Of a DNA stretch of 64,000 nucleotides, positions 12,251-24,829 are shown piece by piece (position 1 is the first letter of the stretch; each line of letters starts with the position of its first letter). The DNA lies in assembly GCF_036971445.1 (NCBI RefSeq), contig NC_091474.1, positions 184,512,001 through 184,576,000 on the forward strand, in the 5' to 3' direction. The translations under genes were made by a program, and so were the position numbers. This DNA is from Narcine bancroftii. Taxonomy: Eukaryota. Under the pieces are notes generated by a model. It was not told the origin of the DNA, did no database searches, and was given only the letters and a program-made list of their open reading frames with translations.

Positions 12251-14879
12251 TGGAGGCAAAAGATCAAGGAAAGGAGAGAATCATGAAATGGATGGTATGA
12301 AAATGAAAGTAGGGTGGAAAACGGCAGCAAAGCTGTGTTTTTTTTAAAGTTCTGCCGTGGAACAAGAAACAACGTCACAATCATTAACGTTCCGGAGGGA
12401 GAAAAAGGTTTAATGTTTCCGCGCAGTTTACATGTGCTTGTTTAACCGCCTCGCTGTATAACGGATGGCTAGCTTTACAAATTATGAATGAATGTAAATA
12501 ATTTAAAACACGTGCACGTCAGTCGGGGAAAGTGCCACACAAGTATAAATTACAGTTTAAAAATATGGGTTAATGTGAATGAATAATATTTTAATCATGT
12601 AAATTACCATATATATATATATATATTAGTGCAGTAACCAGGATTCATCAAATATTGTTTTACGCAGTAGGCTTTATTTGAAAATAATTCATTTGATTTT
12701 GTAAAAATTCTAGCAGATGAAATCGTCTCAGCATTATGACCCTTTGGAAATCAAAAACTCCAGAAAATAGCAAAAAATCTGAGTTTAAGATTTCACGGGA
12801 GTTATAAGCTAACAGAAACAATTCGACCTGCTCCCGGTTTTCCTGCCGTCTGCAAATATTTTGTAAACTTTTTACAAACTAACGGGCAGAGTAACGAGGT
12901 ATGAAACAAGCCACACTCATTTTCATCAGTTGCACCAGCATTAAAACACGCGAAATACAATGAATTCAATATTCAAATATCCATTTGGAAGAAAAAAAGC
13001 TTTAGATGGAGACTTTTGGGGAAACCACTCGCATTTACTGCGGTGAAACATTATAGAAGTAGCGGGAAGTCAGCAGGATGATTCCAGGTTTATTGTCAAA
13101 ACAATTACACGTCCCTTGATCTTGACTTCATTAAATGCTGAAATCTTCTGGGATTTAACACGGGCACATTTTAAAAGCCAATGGGCTCACTAACCCCAAC
13201 ATTCAAGGTTACAAAGATGGTAATCTAACTCCAACGATTTCAGACAGAATTCTCCAAGTCCCGGGCTCAATTACCTCAGAATCAACTTGGAAGCAATAAA
13301 ATGTCTGCTTGTATCTTTTAGAAGCTTTCTAAATCTTAGTTAACGTTTAACCTTTAATGTATCGTGGCGCAAAGTTCCTTTAAATAAAAAGTCATATTTT
13401 AAATATTCGTCTTATTTATCTTATTTGCTTGAGTAATTACTTCCGAAGCAATTAATAATACTACAATCTAAATAAGTTAACGTCTGAACGATCTCATCGG
13501 TGTGATCACAATTTATCACTCCCAACACCAGATCCCATAATTCTTCAACAATCATATGACTGGTTCCATGTTTCATGCAAGCAATCATCCCGTCACTCCT
13601 TCAAAGTTCTCAGCAGCCATTATTTACTCTCCCAGATACTCCTGTGAAGTTAAACCAGTGTCTTTCTCTACCCTGGAAATTGAATAAATCGGAAATAGTC
13701 CAAGATAACTGCATCCAAACTGAAATGTTAAAATTATATTGCCCTCTCCCGAGCAAGGCGCTCACAAAAGCAAACAATGCGCTTAAAAAAGCTCAAATAT
13801 TTTCATTGGGTCGATTATTGTTGAGTCTTGGATTTATTTAGGTGGAAGTTAATAAAGTTTTAATGTCCGAATACAGTTCAAAATAGCAAAATAAAAGCCA
13901 GATGAATAATCATTGTAACGCCTTCTTGGACATGTTGAGCGATACGATTGTTTTCTGTGAATGATGTCGAGTTTCATGAAGATTTTGTGATAAGAAATTA
14001 CGATGCACATTAGAAATTAACTAAAATGGTCGGTACATTTCTGACAATTGTATTCGGGATCTTTAAATCCAGCAACAATGCTCCTTCTGTTTTATCTGTT
14101 GTGCTTTTTATTAGTTTTACCAGAACACCTTTACCGGAGTCATGCACACAAGGCGCTATCATGTTCTTCAAACCACCTCTCTTGCGGCAACGTGCAATTC
14201 AGAAAGTTCAAATTACAGGGGAAGTGCTGAAGAATAGTGTTCAGTTTCTGTTCACACGGTTATACCACAGCTTAGCCATCCATCGAGTACAAAAGCGGCT
14301 CTTTAATAAAAAAAAATCAATGGATGCTTCTGTCTTTCGCTGTCTCTAGCGACTTTAAATAGACAAGCTTGACTTACGTCCACTTTTATAATCGTGTCAG
14401 AGATTTTGATTCCTTGGCCTGGACCATGTTTTGAATGCCTACTTTACTTACAGTCGATATTAGTTTATAGTTTTAAACTTTTGTTCTTCTTACATAAACA
14501 ACCTTAATGGAATTGAGAGAAAATGATTTTTCCCTGTAGAGGTTGTACACATGGACTATTTTCCCAACGATGGGAAATCCAATTTCTTGCAACGCAGGAT
14601 TCTGCGTGCAAAACTAAAAAGCAAACGGTGGACAAAACTTAAGATTTCTGGAATTTGACAAGCCAAGCGGATCAAAACTATAGGTCCAATGCTCTCAAGA
14701 GAAGAACAAAGACTAATGGAGTATGGAAATTGCACATTATATTTGATTAAGGAATATAACCTTGCGAGAGCTATATAGGGACTTTAATATACGTCTGTTA
14801 TCGTTAAACATGAATGCTTCTCCGTACAACATTTAAAAGTTCCCCTGGCTCTTCCAGCAGCGACCCCTTTTAAGTGAGC

Positions 14880-15180
14880 TCGACACAGCTTTCCCACGCT
14901 TTTCCCGACCCGCGCGTTTGACGTACAAAGGAGACGTCATCATTTTGCACCAATGAAAAAGGAATCTCCTTCAAACCGGGAGCGGCGTACTGTCAATCAA
15001 AGCTTGTTGCGGGTTGTGGGACAGCGAGCTCAGCGAGACATTGCAACATTGATAGAGCTTATACCGTGGGAAAGAGCAGCAGACTGGGTTCAGGCTGCCA
15101 ACAGCGCGCAGGATCTGGGTGGTTTGAGCTGAACGGCTAGCTTCTGAAAACAAATCACGAAATTATTTTCTCCAGCAACA
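14880..15180 (+). promoter_or_regulatory. hey2: hey2 proximal promoter/5' UTR with RBPJ (CSL) sites
   Basis: TTTCCCACG 14890-14898 and CGTGGGAAA 15065-15073; CRE-like TGACGT/GACGTCA ~14919-14940; CCAAT ~14950; CpG-rich. HEY2 is an established direct Notch target. Confidence 0.8.
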
Positions 15181-15263
15181 ATGAAACGCCCTTGTGAAGA
15201 AAGTTCTTCAGATAGCGATATTGATGAAACTATAGACGTAGGTAGCGAAAATATCTACGCAGG
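15181..15263 (+). CDS. hey2: HEY2 coding exon 1 (MKRPCEESSSDSDIDETIDVGSENIYAG)
   Basis: HEY2-type N-terminus MKRPCEE; donor GTGAGT at 15264. Confidence 0.96.
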
Positions 15264-15398
15264 GTGAGTTTCGTGTTCTTTACAGCTCAACATTGAGTAA
15301 ACTTTAAATGACACTCTTTAATTCAATGTTTGCATTCGTATGATTCGGACAGAATTGCAATAAGACTGATAGTTTCGCCGTTTTGCCCATTTGAACAG

Positions 15399-15477
15399 GC
15401 AGGACACTAATGTGCTCATGAGAGCTGGGTCGCCGACCACAACTTCCCAAATAATGGCCAGAAAGAAAAGAAGAGGG
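15399..15477 (+). CDS. hey2: HEY2 coding exon 2 (QDTNVLMRAGSPTTTSQIMARKKRRG)
   Basis: Acceptor AACAG, donor GTGAGG at 15478; basic region SPTTTSQIMARKKRRG typical of HEY2; phase consistent. Confidence 0.96.
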
Positions 15478-15581
15478 GTGAGGATGTTTTTTGATATTGT
15501 TTCGAAACTATTGTGGCACACCTTTCGATTGCTTCCCAAAATATTTATCCTGATCTAACGGTACTACTTTCGTTCTCCTAG

Positions 15582-15665
15582 ATCATTGAGAAAAGACGCC
15601 GGGATCGTATTAACAACAGTTTGTCAGAGCTGCGTCGACTGGTCCCCACAGCTTTTGAGAAACAG
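15582..15665 (+). CDS. hey2: HEY2 coding exon 3 ([28 protein letters not shown])
   Basis: bHLH helix 1; acceptor CCTAG, donor GTAGAT at 15666. Confidence 0.97.
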
Positions 15666-15874
15666 GTAGATAGATGACTGCTCCATTCAGTTGTTATACA
15701 TTCGATCTTTGAACACGTTATTAAAATATTAGTAACCCTATCAATAAATTAATTTATTAATTACTTTAGGGATAATACATTGTCCTTTATAGATACTCGA
15801 GTAAAATACTACGTTGGTAATCACCGAGTGAGAATTTGGAAAAAAAATAATTGCGACAACTTTTTACTTTCAAG

Positions 15875-15956
15875 GGATCAGCAAAGCTGGAGAAAGCGGA
15901 AATACTTCAGATGACGGTGGACCATTTAAAGATGCTTCGGGCGACCGGAGGTAAAG
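15875..15956 (+). CDS. hey2: HEY2 coding exon 4 ([27 protein letters not shown])
   Basis: bHLH helix 2; acceptor TTTCAAG, donor GTAAGA at 15957. Confidence 0.97.
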
Positions 15957-16974
15957 GTAAGACGTTAATCGAGTGCCCCTTCAAAGACTACTTGGCTGGG
16001 ATAACCCAAGGATACCGCGCACTGTCAATTGTGGGCGGCCCGGCAGAGTGCAGTGGAAATGCTAATAGTATCACTGAGCTCGTGGGAAAGAGCCGGCGAG
16101 ACAAAAGCGGCACTTGACCCCGGCTTCTGTTTGCTTTCCTAACTCTGCGGGAGGGAGTGCTTTGTGAAACCGGGGAGTCGCATGCAGAGATTGTTTGGAC
16201 TTTTTTTGCTTGGAGCAGCCAGACCTACCCAGAAATACTAAACAAACACAGATACAGGGGGCCCTCTGCAACATCGCCACCTAACGTTACCACGGAGCCA
16301 CACGTCTGACACGCAGCGATCTACAGCAGATTAATTTCAGGCCTACAGAAGGAGGAAATTAGCTGCAAGTAATTCATTCGTTTAAATCACCCCTCATTTC
16401 ATAGCAACATACAAATGTTTTTCATTAGAAGCGGACTGCTCTCAACGCAATATTCGGTCTATATAAATGATTCGATACGAAACAGTCAAAGTTATAATGA
16501 GACACTGGTCTCTCATAATTTGCTGATACCGACCAAGATGTCAATTTGAGCTAGATTTGCCTGCCCACATGCATCTATCCAAATGTCCTTTAAACGTTAC
16601 AGTTGTCCCGCTTGGCAGATAGTTGCACATCCCCACCACCCTCTACGTACTTGTCCGGTCTACTTTATAGGTTTTCCCTTCTCAGCTTAAATATATGGGG
16701 GAAAGGCTGTCTGGTCACCTTAGCTGTGCCCTTGAAGTGACCTGGTTATCTATGTACAGTCAGGTGATAATAAAATTGAACTCCTATACGCCAGAGAATC
16801 AACGCCCAACCTAGACTACGCAGCCTCTTATAACCCAAGCTCTTGTAATTCAAAAATATTAAAACCAATTGTGCTGAAGTGGTAATGAATGCCAAATAGT
16901 ATGGTCAGTGCGATGCTCCAAGTTACAGTCTGGCCGCTGTGGGCAGCATCTCACTCACTCTTTCTGTTCCAAAG

Positions 16975-17666
16975 GTTTTTTTGACGCTCACGCTCTCGCT
17001 ATGGACTTTATGAGCATCGGTTTCCGGGAGTGTTTGGCCGAGGTAGCACGTTATCTGAGCTCGGTGGAAGGTCTTGACACTTCGGACCCGCTGCGGCTCC
17101 GCCTGGTCTCTCACCTCAACACTTACGCCTCTCAGCGGGAAGCGGCTGTGATGAGTTCGTCCGTGGCTCATCACCAGCGACACCAGCAGCGGCTCCAGCA
17201 GCAGCAGCACTGGGCGGCCGCCTTCCACCAGCTGCCCTCCGCCTTGCTGCAGCACCACGGCATCGCCAGCGACCGGCTGCTGGCCACCACCTCTTCCGAA
17301 ATGCAGCCAGGTACCGGCGTCAAACACCCCCGGGAAAGCTCGGCTTTGCTCACCGCCACTCTGGCGGCGGCGGCGGCGGTGGGGGCTGCGGCGGCCGCCG
17401 CTCAAGCGGATACGTCGTTGCGGGCGGTCCCGATAGGCGGTGCTGGCCGCATGGCCCCGCTCTCCACCTCCCTCCTCTCCCTCTCCGCCACGGTGCACGC
17501 CGCCGCCCACTCCTTCCCGCTCCCGTTTGGCACCTTACCCGCTGCTGCCGTGTTAGCCCCGGGCGGCGCTGGACTCAACCCGTCCAGCTTTGCCGCCGGA
17601 CCGCAGACTGGCAGCGGCGAGGGGAATCCCTACAGACTTTGGAGTACGGAGATAGGAGCTTTCTGA
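16975..17666 (+). CDS. hey2: HEY2 coding exon 5 (Orange domain and C-terminus ..NPYRLWSTEIGAF)
   Basis: FFDAHALAMDFMSIGFRECLAEVARYLSSVEGLD Orange domain; HWAAAFH and PLSTSLLSLSATVHAAA HEY2 motifs; spliced CDS 83+79+84+82+692=1020 nt (339 aa). Confidence 0.97.
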
Positions 17667-20600
17667 ACCGGTCTGAGTGCAGATGACCAGAACAGATTCT
17701 CTTCTCCCTTGACCCATCATACCCTTCTGATCCAACACTTCACCTGTACGTACAGTTTGGCTGTAGCAAGTAAGAATTTCGGTGTACATTGTACTTAACG
17801 AACGAGCTCTCGTACTCAACCCCTGACCCCCCATCTATCTATCACCCACTGTCCTTCCCCGCGCCTTGCATTGGAGAGGGCGGGTCATATATGCAGCGCC
17901 GGCACTCACTGCAGGAAACAGCTAAGGGCCTGTTTCTACATTGTACCTGACTACTGCTGACAAGCCTATTCACCTCCATGCATTCTTCCGCTATTTGACT
18001 TTTGCCTCGTCAAGAAATTGGAAGCGTTCATGAAAACAATAATTGATTGAAAAAAACTTGCTCTCTGCAGGGCCTTGGTTTGTAACCCACTGCAAGAGGC
18101 ACCAGTACTGTTACGAACAAATCGACAACAATTTTACACGCCAGCTTTCTGCTTTCAAGTATCCCAATATTGACTATTTTGTGTATGCAAATTATAACCA
18201 TTCTACTCTATCCCCTTGAAGAAATTTTACTCAGACACTCACCGCAAATCCACCAGAGAGAACAGAAATGGCAGTCATCGATATCCACCTGAGAATAACG
18301 GAAAGATTCAATCCTGGCCGATTTTGGATGGATCTCGCTCGTCGTATGGGTTCTTTACATGGTGAAATGGGTCGCAAATTTTGGCAGGATATCTGAATGG
18401 AAACGTAGCAGAGTTTTCCATTTGAGACTTTCTCTGCAACAGTAACCAGTCAATCTCATGTAGAAATAACCGAGATGGAACAATGGATTAATTACAGACA
18501 ATAATGAACTATTAATTTCAGCCGCTTTTCAAGTTAATTTCGCCGATTGGATCCTCTAGAATTTCTCTTTGAGATTGGGCACTTGAGCCAGAAACATTCT
18601 GACAGAGAGCCTACCGGAAAATGAGTGGAGTTCTCCAAGGGACCTATATTTAAAAAAAACAATAATATCAAAACAGCATTCGCACAACACTCCTTGCCTG
18701 GTGCTGAAACAGCTGAACACAATTTACTGTAGAAGTGGCAGCTGTAACTAAACACTGTTCCTAAATGGACATCAGTTCCTTTGTGAGAAGTACAGACTGT
18801 AGATGTGAACATCAATTTTATCGGAAGTGATATTTTCACATGGGATTGGAAATAGTTTGATGTAACAAATTATTTGGACACAATGAAATATAAAAGATTG
18901 ACGCGCTCAATTTATGTATCAAACTGTTTAAAGCCTAAGGGCAAAACAAAATTTACAATAGTCAAATGATCTTTAATAATTCGTCTATAGCGCATATTTC
19001 ATTACTCAAATCCAAAATTTAATAGCCCAGATTCGAAATTTCCCATTGATTATATATTAACTCATCTTAAAGAGGGAACAATTGAGTATTTTCAGATTCA
19101 CTATGAGGTCGTGCCTCATTTTACTATGAGGCAATTGGGAGATTGTATTGAAAAGGATCCTGAAAACAAACACAACCCTATTTTCACGTTTACGCGTGTC
19201 AGCCTTCCCCAGTCCTAACATCTTCCTGCAATGCATTTATATTCAACTCCCCTTTTTATCCAAAGTGAGATTTATATTGTATGATGAATAGGGAAGCAGG
19301 GTCAACATTGTCTAACATCAGTGTGATTAATTTTATATACTTCACCTTTTTATTTCAATCCACACATTTTAATGTTTTAAACAATGGAAGAGGGAATCTC
19401 TCCCTGCCATACTTTGGATTTTATTTTATTCCCAATATTCCCATAATGATCCCATATTCTTTCCATTGCCCCTTGAAAATTAAATTACACCAATGTAAAG
19501 TTCATCGAAGAGGATATAAATTAACAAATTCAGTGTGAAAAGTGTCACCACCACTGCAAGTGAATACCAATCAATGAAAGGGTATCTATTCCAGTGGCTA
19601 TTAACATACTAAAACAGAATTCTGCAAATAAATTTACTTTTTTTCCATTTTAGTCTCACTTCCATTTTTGTGCTTAGAACATTTTTTTTATTAAAGCTAG
19701 ATTAAAGAAATACTGCTTGGTATTGCTGCAGATTAATTATTTTGGAGGAGGGTTTCTGCTTAATTATTTTCAAAATTAAAATTGTTATGGTCAATAATAT
19801 AACATTATTTCAGTAAGCAGTCCCACACTTCCAGAAATAGGTGAAAACATGACATTTATTTCTGGAAATTATATAACATCAGATTGATATATTAACTATG
19901 CAAATATGAACAGGGGTGATGAAATACTTTGTTCTATTAAACTCTATTTGGAACTGATGGACTAAGGTTTATATCCTGTGCCAAATGATCAAATATTAAT
20001 ACTGTGGTCTGAGAACTAGGCAACATAGCCACAAACTCAATTGTTCAAGCTGAAACATGTGGTTGCTCAAACTTTTAGGAATATATTTTAAATGCATTCA
20101 TCCTTTTTAGGTCTGTTTATGGAAGACAATATTTAATGAAAAAAAATCTGTAGAAGAAACTTCCTTATACCTTTCCAAAATTACAAATTGCTGAAGTAAG
20201 ATGTATTTGCTCATTTTACCCAGCTAGATTCCCACTGTCATTAATCTGCTACTCAATATGATATCATAGGATTAAAAACATTACCTTTAACTTAAACCCT
20301 GTCCAAAATTAAACTTTGACTTTAATTATGAAAAATGTAAAATAAGACAAAACAATATGTTTGTATGCAATATCAGAGGTTAGAATGTGTAAAAACTATA
20401 GCATTGTAGATAATATTTTGCACTTGAATTCTCTGCTGTGTGGAGAAGACAGTGATAAAACATGTTTACTGTATGCAGGAGATGTTTCAATACAAATGAC
20501 ACTTTTTTTCTTATTTACCTGCATTCTAATAACCTGTTATTCATTAAATGTTTATAAATATACACTGATTTTACAAAAGAAAAATGTGCTGGTCATTGAA

Positions 20601-21914
20601 TATCCTTATGTCAACTTTGTACTTGAAAGAAGTTAGATAGCTTTCATAGCAATCCACAATCTGTTATAATCAAAAGTAAAACAAGATAAGGATTTTTTAA
20701 AAATAATCAAAAATGAACTGCTGGAAGAACTCAAGAAGCATTTATGGACCCAAAGAGATGGTCAATGTTTTGGGATGAGAACCTGCATAAGTCTCAATCC
20801 AAACTGTTGATCATCCTCTTTTCCTCCATAAATGTTGCTTAACCTGCTGAACTCTTCCAGTCCTTCATTTTTTGTTCCTAATCCCAGAATCTGTAGTCTC
20901 TGTGTATTTCTTGTTTAAAATCAAAATGGGCTGTAATTAAGTGGCCATTCTGAATGTTCTAAATTATATATATTAAATATATGTCACAAGTTCAAGACTG
21001 TTGCCTGGGGCAACTTTTCATACGGTTTTCTATGGTGCATGTGTAATCATAGGAAATGTGTAAAACAAGGGCAATTTTACTGTAGGAGATGGGGAAAAGA
21101 TCGAGAGTTAGCTGAGATCAATGCCCTTTGTTCTCTCGAGTTTATCAGAGTTGGTGTTTAATGGAAGTCTCGCAAGAAGCTAGGGAAACATTTCTCATTG
21201 CAAGATGAGGGACAAAATTATGAAATTATTTAAATTAATAGAGTGAGGACTCATTGGCCGCCTGTTGATTCCTGGAAAAAAATGGGATCCTGATGCTTCA
21301 GGTTTCTAAACATTATTCCAAAGAACTTTTAATTGTATCCATTGTCAATATATTCACTTACAATAGAATAGTTTCATTCATTGCTTTTTTTTTAAATATA
21401 CCATTATTATATTGATTTTCAGGAAACTAGTTTCCAGCTTAGAGAAAAACATTTCTGACAAAGGAACAAATAATGTCTTCAGCCATTGGGAGGTGCACAA
21501 GAGACATTTAGGAGGCTCCTGTGCACCTCCTAATGGCTGCCTCAATAATAGCATTGACAAGGCAAATAGCAGTTTGCCTGCCCCTGTCAATTCAATTGAT
21601 TACAAATAGAGAAAATTACCTTTAAAATGGGAGGAAATACATCTTACTTCAGCAACTTGTAATTTTTAAAAAAGGTATATGGATAGGCTGAATGTTGTAA
21701 AACAAATTGACTGAGAAGTTTCAAATTGTGGGTGCTTGATAAGGTCGGGAGCAGGACCAAGACAAATCGGTGGTACAGGACCTTCATGTGCCACAGGTAC
21801 CAATTGGAATCCTAGATGTAGGATAAGATAAAGTTCTGACTGCAGCTAGTTTGGATGACAATATGGGTTGAGGTCATCAATGGGAGTCCTGAAGAAAAAA
21901 AAGATAGCGTAGAG

Positions 21915-22114
21915 CAGCCATTCTTAACCCCTCTGGGGTTCAAGCATATTTAACTAAAAACCTTGTTTTCTTTTCCCCTCATACAATAATTTTTGTATGT
22001 AGTTGGTAGGAGAGGAAAAACGGAAGAAACCAAACCTTGACTGCTTCAGGGGGAAAGAGGCCCATAAATTTTGAGCAGAGTCCTGTGGGGGTGGGGGGTG
22101 GTTGAGAATGGCTG
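21915..22114. mobile_element. hAT-Charlie-like MITE (200 bp)
   Basis: 15-bp TIRs CAGCCATTCTTAACC / GGTTGAGAATGGCTG (1 mismatch); TSD degenerate. Confidence 0.7.
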
Positions 22115-22534
22115 GTATGGATTTTAATTAAAAGCAAGGAAGACACTTGTTACAAAAAAAAAATTAAAGAAAAACTTTGAACTTTCTTTTCAGATTTCAG
22201 TTGAAATTAACCAGATCCTATCTGGTATATTTTGCAGACATTAGAGTCCATTTTGACAATACCTATTTTAGGTCTGAGCTTTAGATGTCCACTGAGAATC
22301 CCTAATTAATATGGAAGGAAGTATCCTTCAGCTCAAAATGAGACTTTAGGCAGCAGTTACAATCCCATACAATGTTATTCAATTACAAAGCCATTGATTT
22401 TGATGGGATGAAAATCTGGCAAATAAACAAACACAGATTTTTAAGATGTCCATTTTAAGATACACATTAACAAATATGCACCAGAATACTGAGCTTGTGC
22501 TGCAACACAAAAAAATAAAGACAACAAAGAACAG

Positions 22535-22755
22535 GCAGCATGATTAGTGTAGCTGTTACAGTGCCAGTGACTGGGTTTGGGGTTCAAATCCTGCACTGAC
22601 TGTAAGGAGTTTGTATGTTCTCCTCATGTCAGTGTAGATTTCCTCTGAGCGCTCCAGTTTCCTCCTATTGTTCAAAAAAACAACATATGAGGGGTGGTAA
22701 GTCAATTGGGTTTAATTGGGCAGCATGGGCTCAAGGGCTGAAATGGCCTGTTACT
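22535..22755 (+). mobile_element. V-SINE copy
   Basis: GGTTCAAATCC B-box; homologous to 4480-4716. Confidence 0.75.
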
Positions 22756-23699
22756 TAAGAAACAAGCTAGAATCTACAATTCTATTCTAAAAATGACAGA
22801 GCAAACCATAAAATTTTCCCAAACTAGAGCAGAGGCAATCTCCATACAAATATGTGTGAATCAAAAACACTTTCCGACTATATGGACGTACTGCTAACCT
22901 CCCATCTGTAGCTTGTGCTCTTATACAAAGATGCTACACTGATTCAAATAATAGTTTGCTTGTTAAATACTGTGCTTCATCCTCCAGAATTTACTTCTGA
23001 CAAGAGTATAGATTATATAATATTAAAATAATATAGACAGCTAAGATTGAGATTTGTTTTTATAAAAAAACATTTTGCTAAAAATATTTTGAGTTAGATT
23101 GTGGTCAATTAAATTTAAAAGTACGGAGGATACCAATTAGAGGTGATTTCATTGAGATTTATAAAATACTAAATATTTATAAGGTAAATCTAGAAAGCCC
23201 CTTTAAGTTACCATAAGAGGCATGTTTTCAAAATAATAAAAAGCATTTTCTGATTTTTTTTTTAAATCAAGAATTTTGAAAGTTATGCCACAAGTTATAG
23301 GAAGTTAAATTTATTGCAAATAATTTTTGGAATGGCACCAGCTAATTTTAGATATACATGTTCATTAATTTATATATTAAAATAAAGATTTTAAAAAACA
23401 ATTCCTGCTCATCAGACAAACCACACTTTAATGTTTATTTGGCTTAGCTATGCCAAGTTTCCAGGTTCAAATTATTATCCCAGTCTCATTATTTCTAACA
23501 TCCAGGCATTCCATTTGTCAGGAGTGAAAAATCCAGCCCCTTCTGCATTAGAGTGAAATGTTGCCTCACTCTTTTCTCCCTCAACCTGCAATAATAGGCG
23601 CTTGACTTAACAGGTCTTACCTATTCCTGCTTCAAGGTGAATGTTCTGGAAGTTGGGCCTACCATTTGATGAAAGATTAAGATACCTTTAATAAAGGAG

Positions 23700-24180
23700 T
23701 AAAGCATGAAAGTCTGCAGATGCAGTGATTGAAATAAAAACACAATGATGGAGAACCTGAGCAGGTCAAGCAGCATACTTTATATTGCAGAGATATAGAT
23801 GCATAACCAACATTTTGGGCTTGAGCCCTTCATGAAGGAATGAGGAAAATGTAGACAGGAACCTGAAAAAAAAAGTGAGGGGGAGGAGCACAGGCCCACA
23901 GGCAAGAGGTGATAGGTAGATAAAGGAGGGAGGGCAATGACTGAAAGGGGGCATAGTTGTGAATGGAGGAAAGGGGTGGAGAGCTAGAGGAATAGGGAAG
24001 AGAGGGAGAAAGGGGTGTGGACTGGAAGAAACTGAGGTTGATATTAATGGCATCGAGATGGAGAGTGCCCAGACAGAATATTAAGTATTACTCCTCCATT
24101 TTACAGTTGGTCTTGGTTTGGCAGTGTATGAGGCCATGGACATGTTGGTGCTAAGGATGACCTTGGTTTGGCAGTGCATG
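23700..24180 (-). mobile_element. Penelope-like element 3' part and terminal repeat
   Basis: Reverse-complement similarity to 42770-43280; decayed hammerhead motif at 23802-23842. Confidence 0.7.
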
Positions 24181-24829
24181 AAAGGTAGATAAGAACATAG
24201 GCAAGAACAGAAGGATGTGCTAATAACATGATATGCAAAGTGGCAAGAGCAAAAAAAAAATAATTGGAGAGAATAATTAAGCAAATGACCTTATCTTTTG
24301 TGATCAATTCTGTCATTCTTTGTACATTATATAGCTACATCATTCCAGCTATATCAGAGAAAGATAGAAACATATAATCCTTTGGGCCGATTGCACCTTT
24401 TTATGGGACTATAGCTGACGTGTTATAACTCCATGTATTTCCAACAATATCTTTGATTAATTTAAAAAAGCTTTGTCAGAAAATGAAAATTAACAATTAG
24501 CTTAAATCAATTCAACATTCATGAAAAGGAATTGCTTCCTTGCATTTGGGGATTGTTTTAGTTTTTAGACCATGTTTTCTGCCCAAAAGAGCAAAAATAA
24601 TTTATCCTTACCCTGCAGTTGTCCATAATAAAACAATCAATCAAATCACCCATTAACCTTTAATTTTTTTCATCCAGATCAGTTTGAATGAAGTTGATCA
24701 CACTAAATAGTGACAACCCTGTCTTGCTACCTCATCCTCCAAATTTGCTGCTTCCAGGGGAATCACTGGAGAAAAAAAATGAAAAAATCAGTAGAGACCT
24801 GCTGTTATGAGTCACTTTCTTTAATCATG

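Noticed and set aside
1-12300. Exons of the expected upstream neighbour gene (hddc2)
   Set aside because: No HD-domain-like peptide recognised in any frame; short exons could have been missed
16908-16974. N-terminal extension MRCSKLQ.. of the 252-aa ORF
   Set aside because: Intronic read-through upstream of the exon 5 acceptor at 16974
16923-17510. 195-aa antisense ORF over hey2 exon 5
   Set aside because: Shadow ORF of a GC-rich coding exon; no recognisable domain
15181-17666. Assignment as hey1 or heyl
   Set aside because: MKRPCEE, QIMARKKRRG, MDFMSIGF, HWAAAFH and ncoa7 synteny all point to hey2
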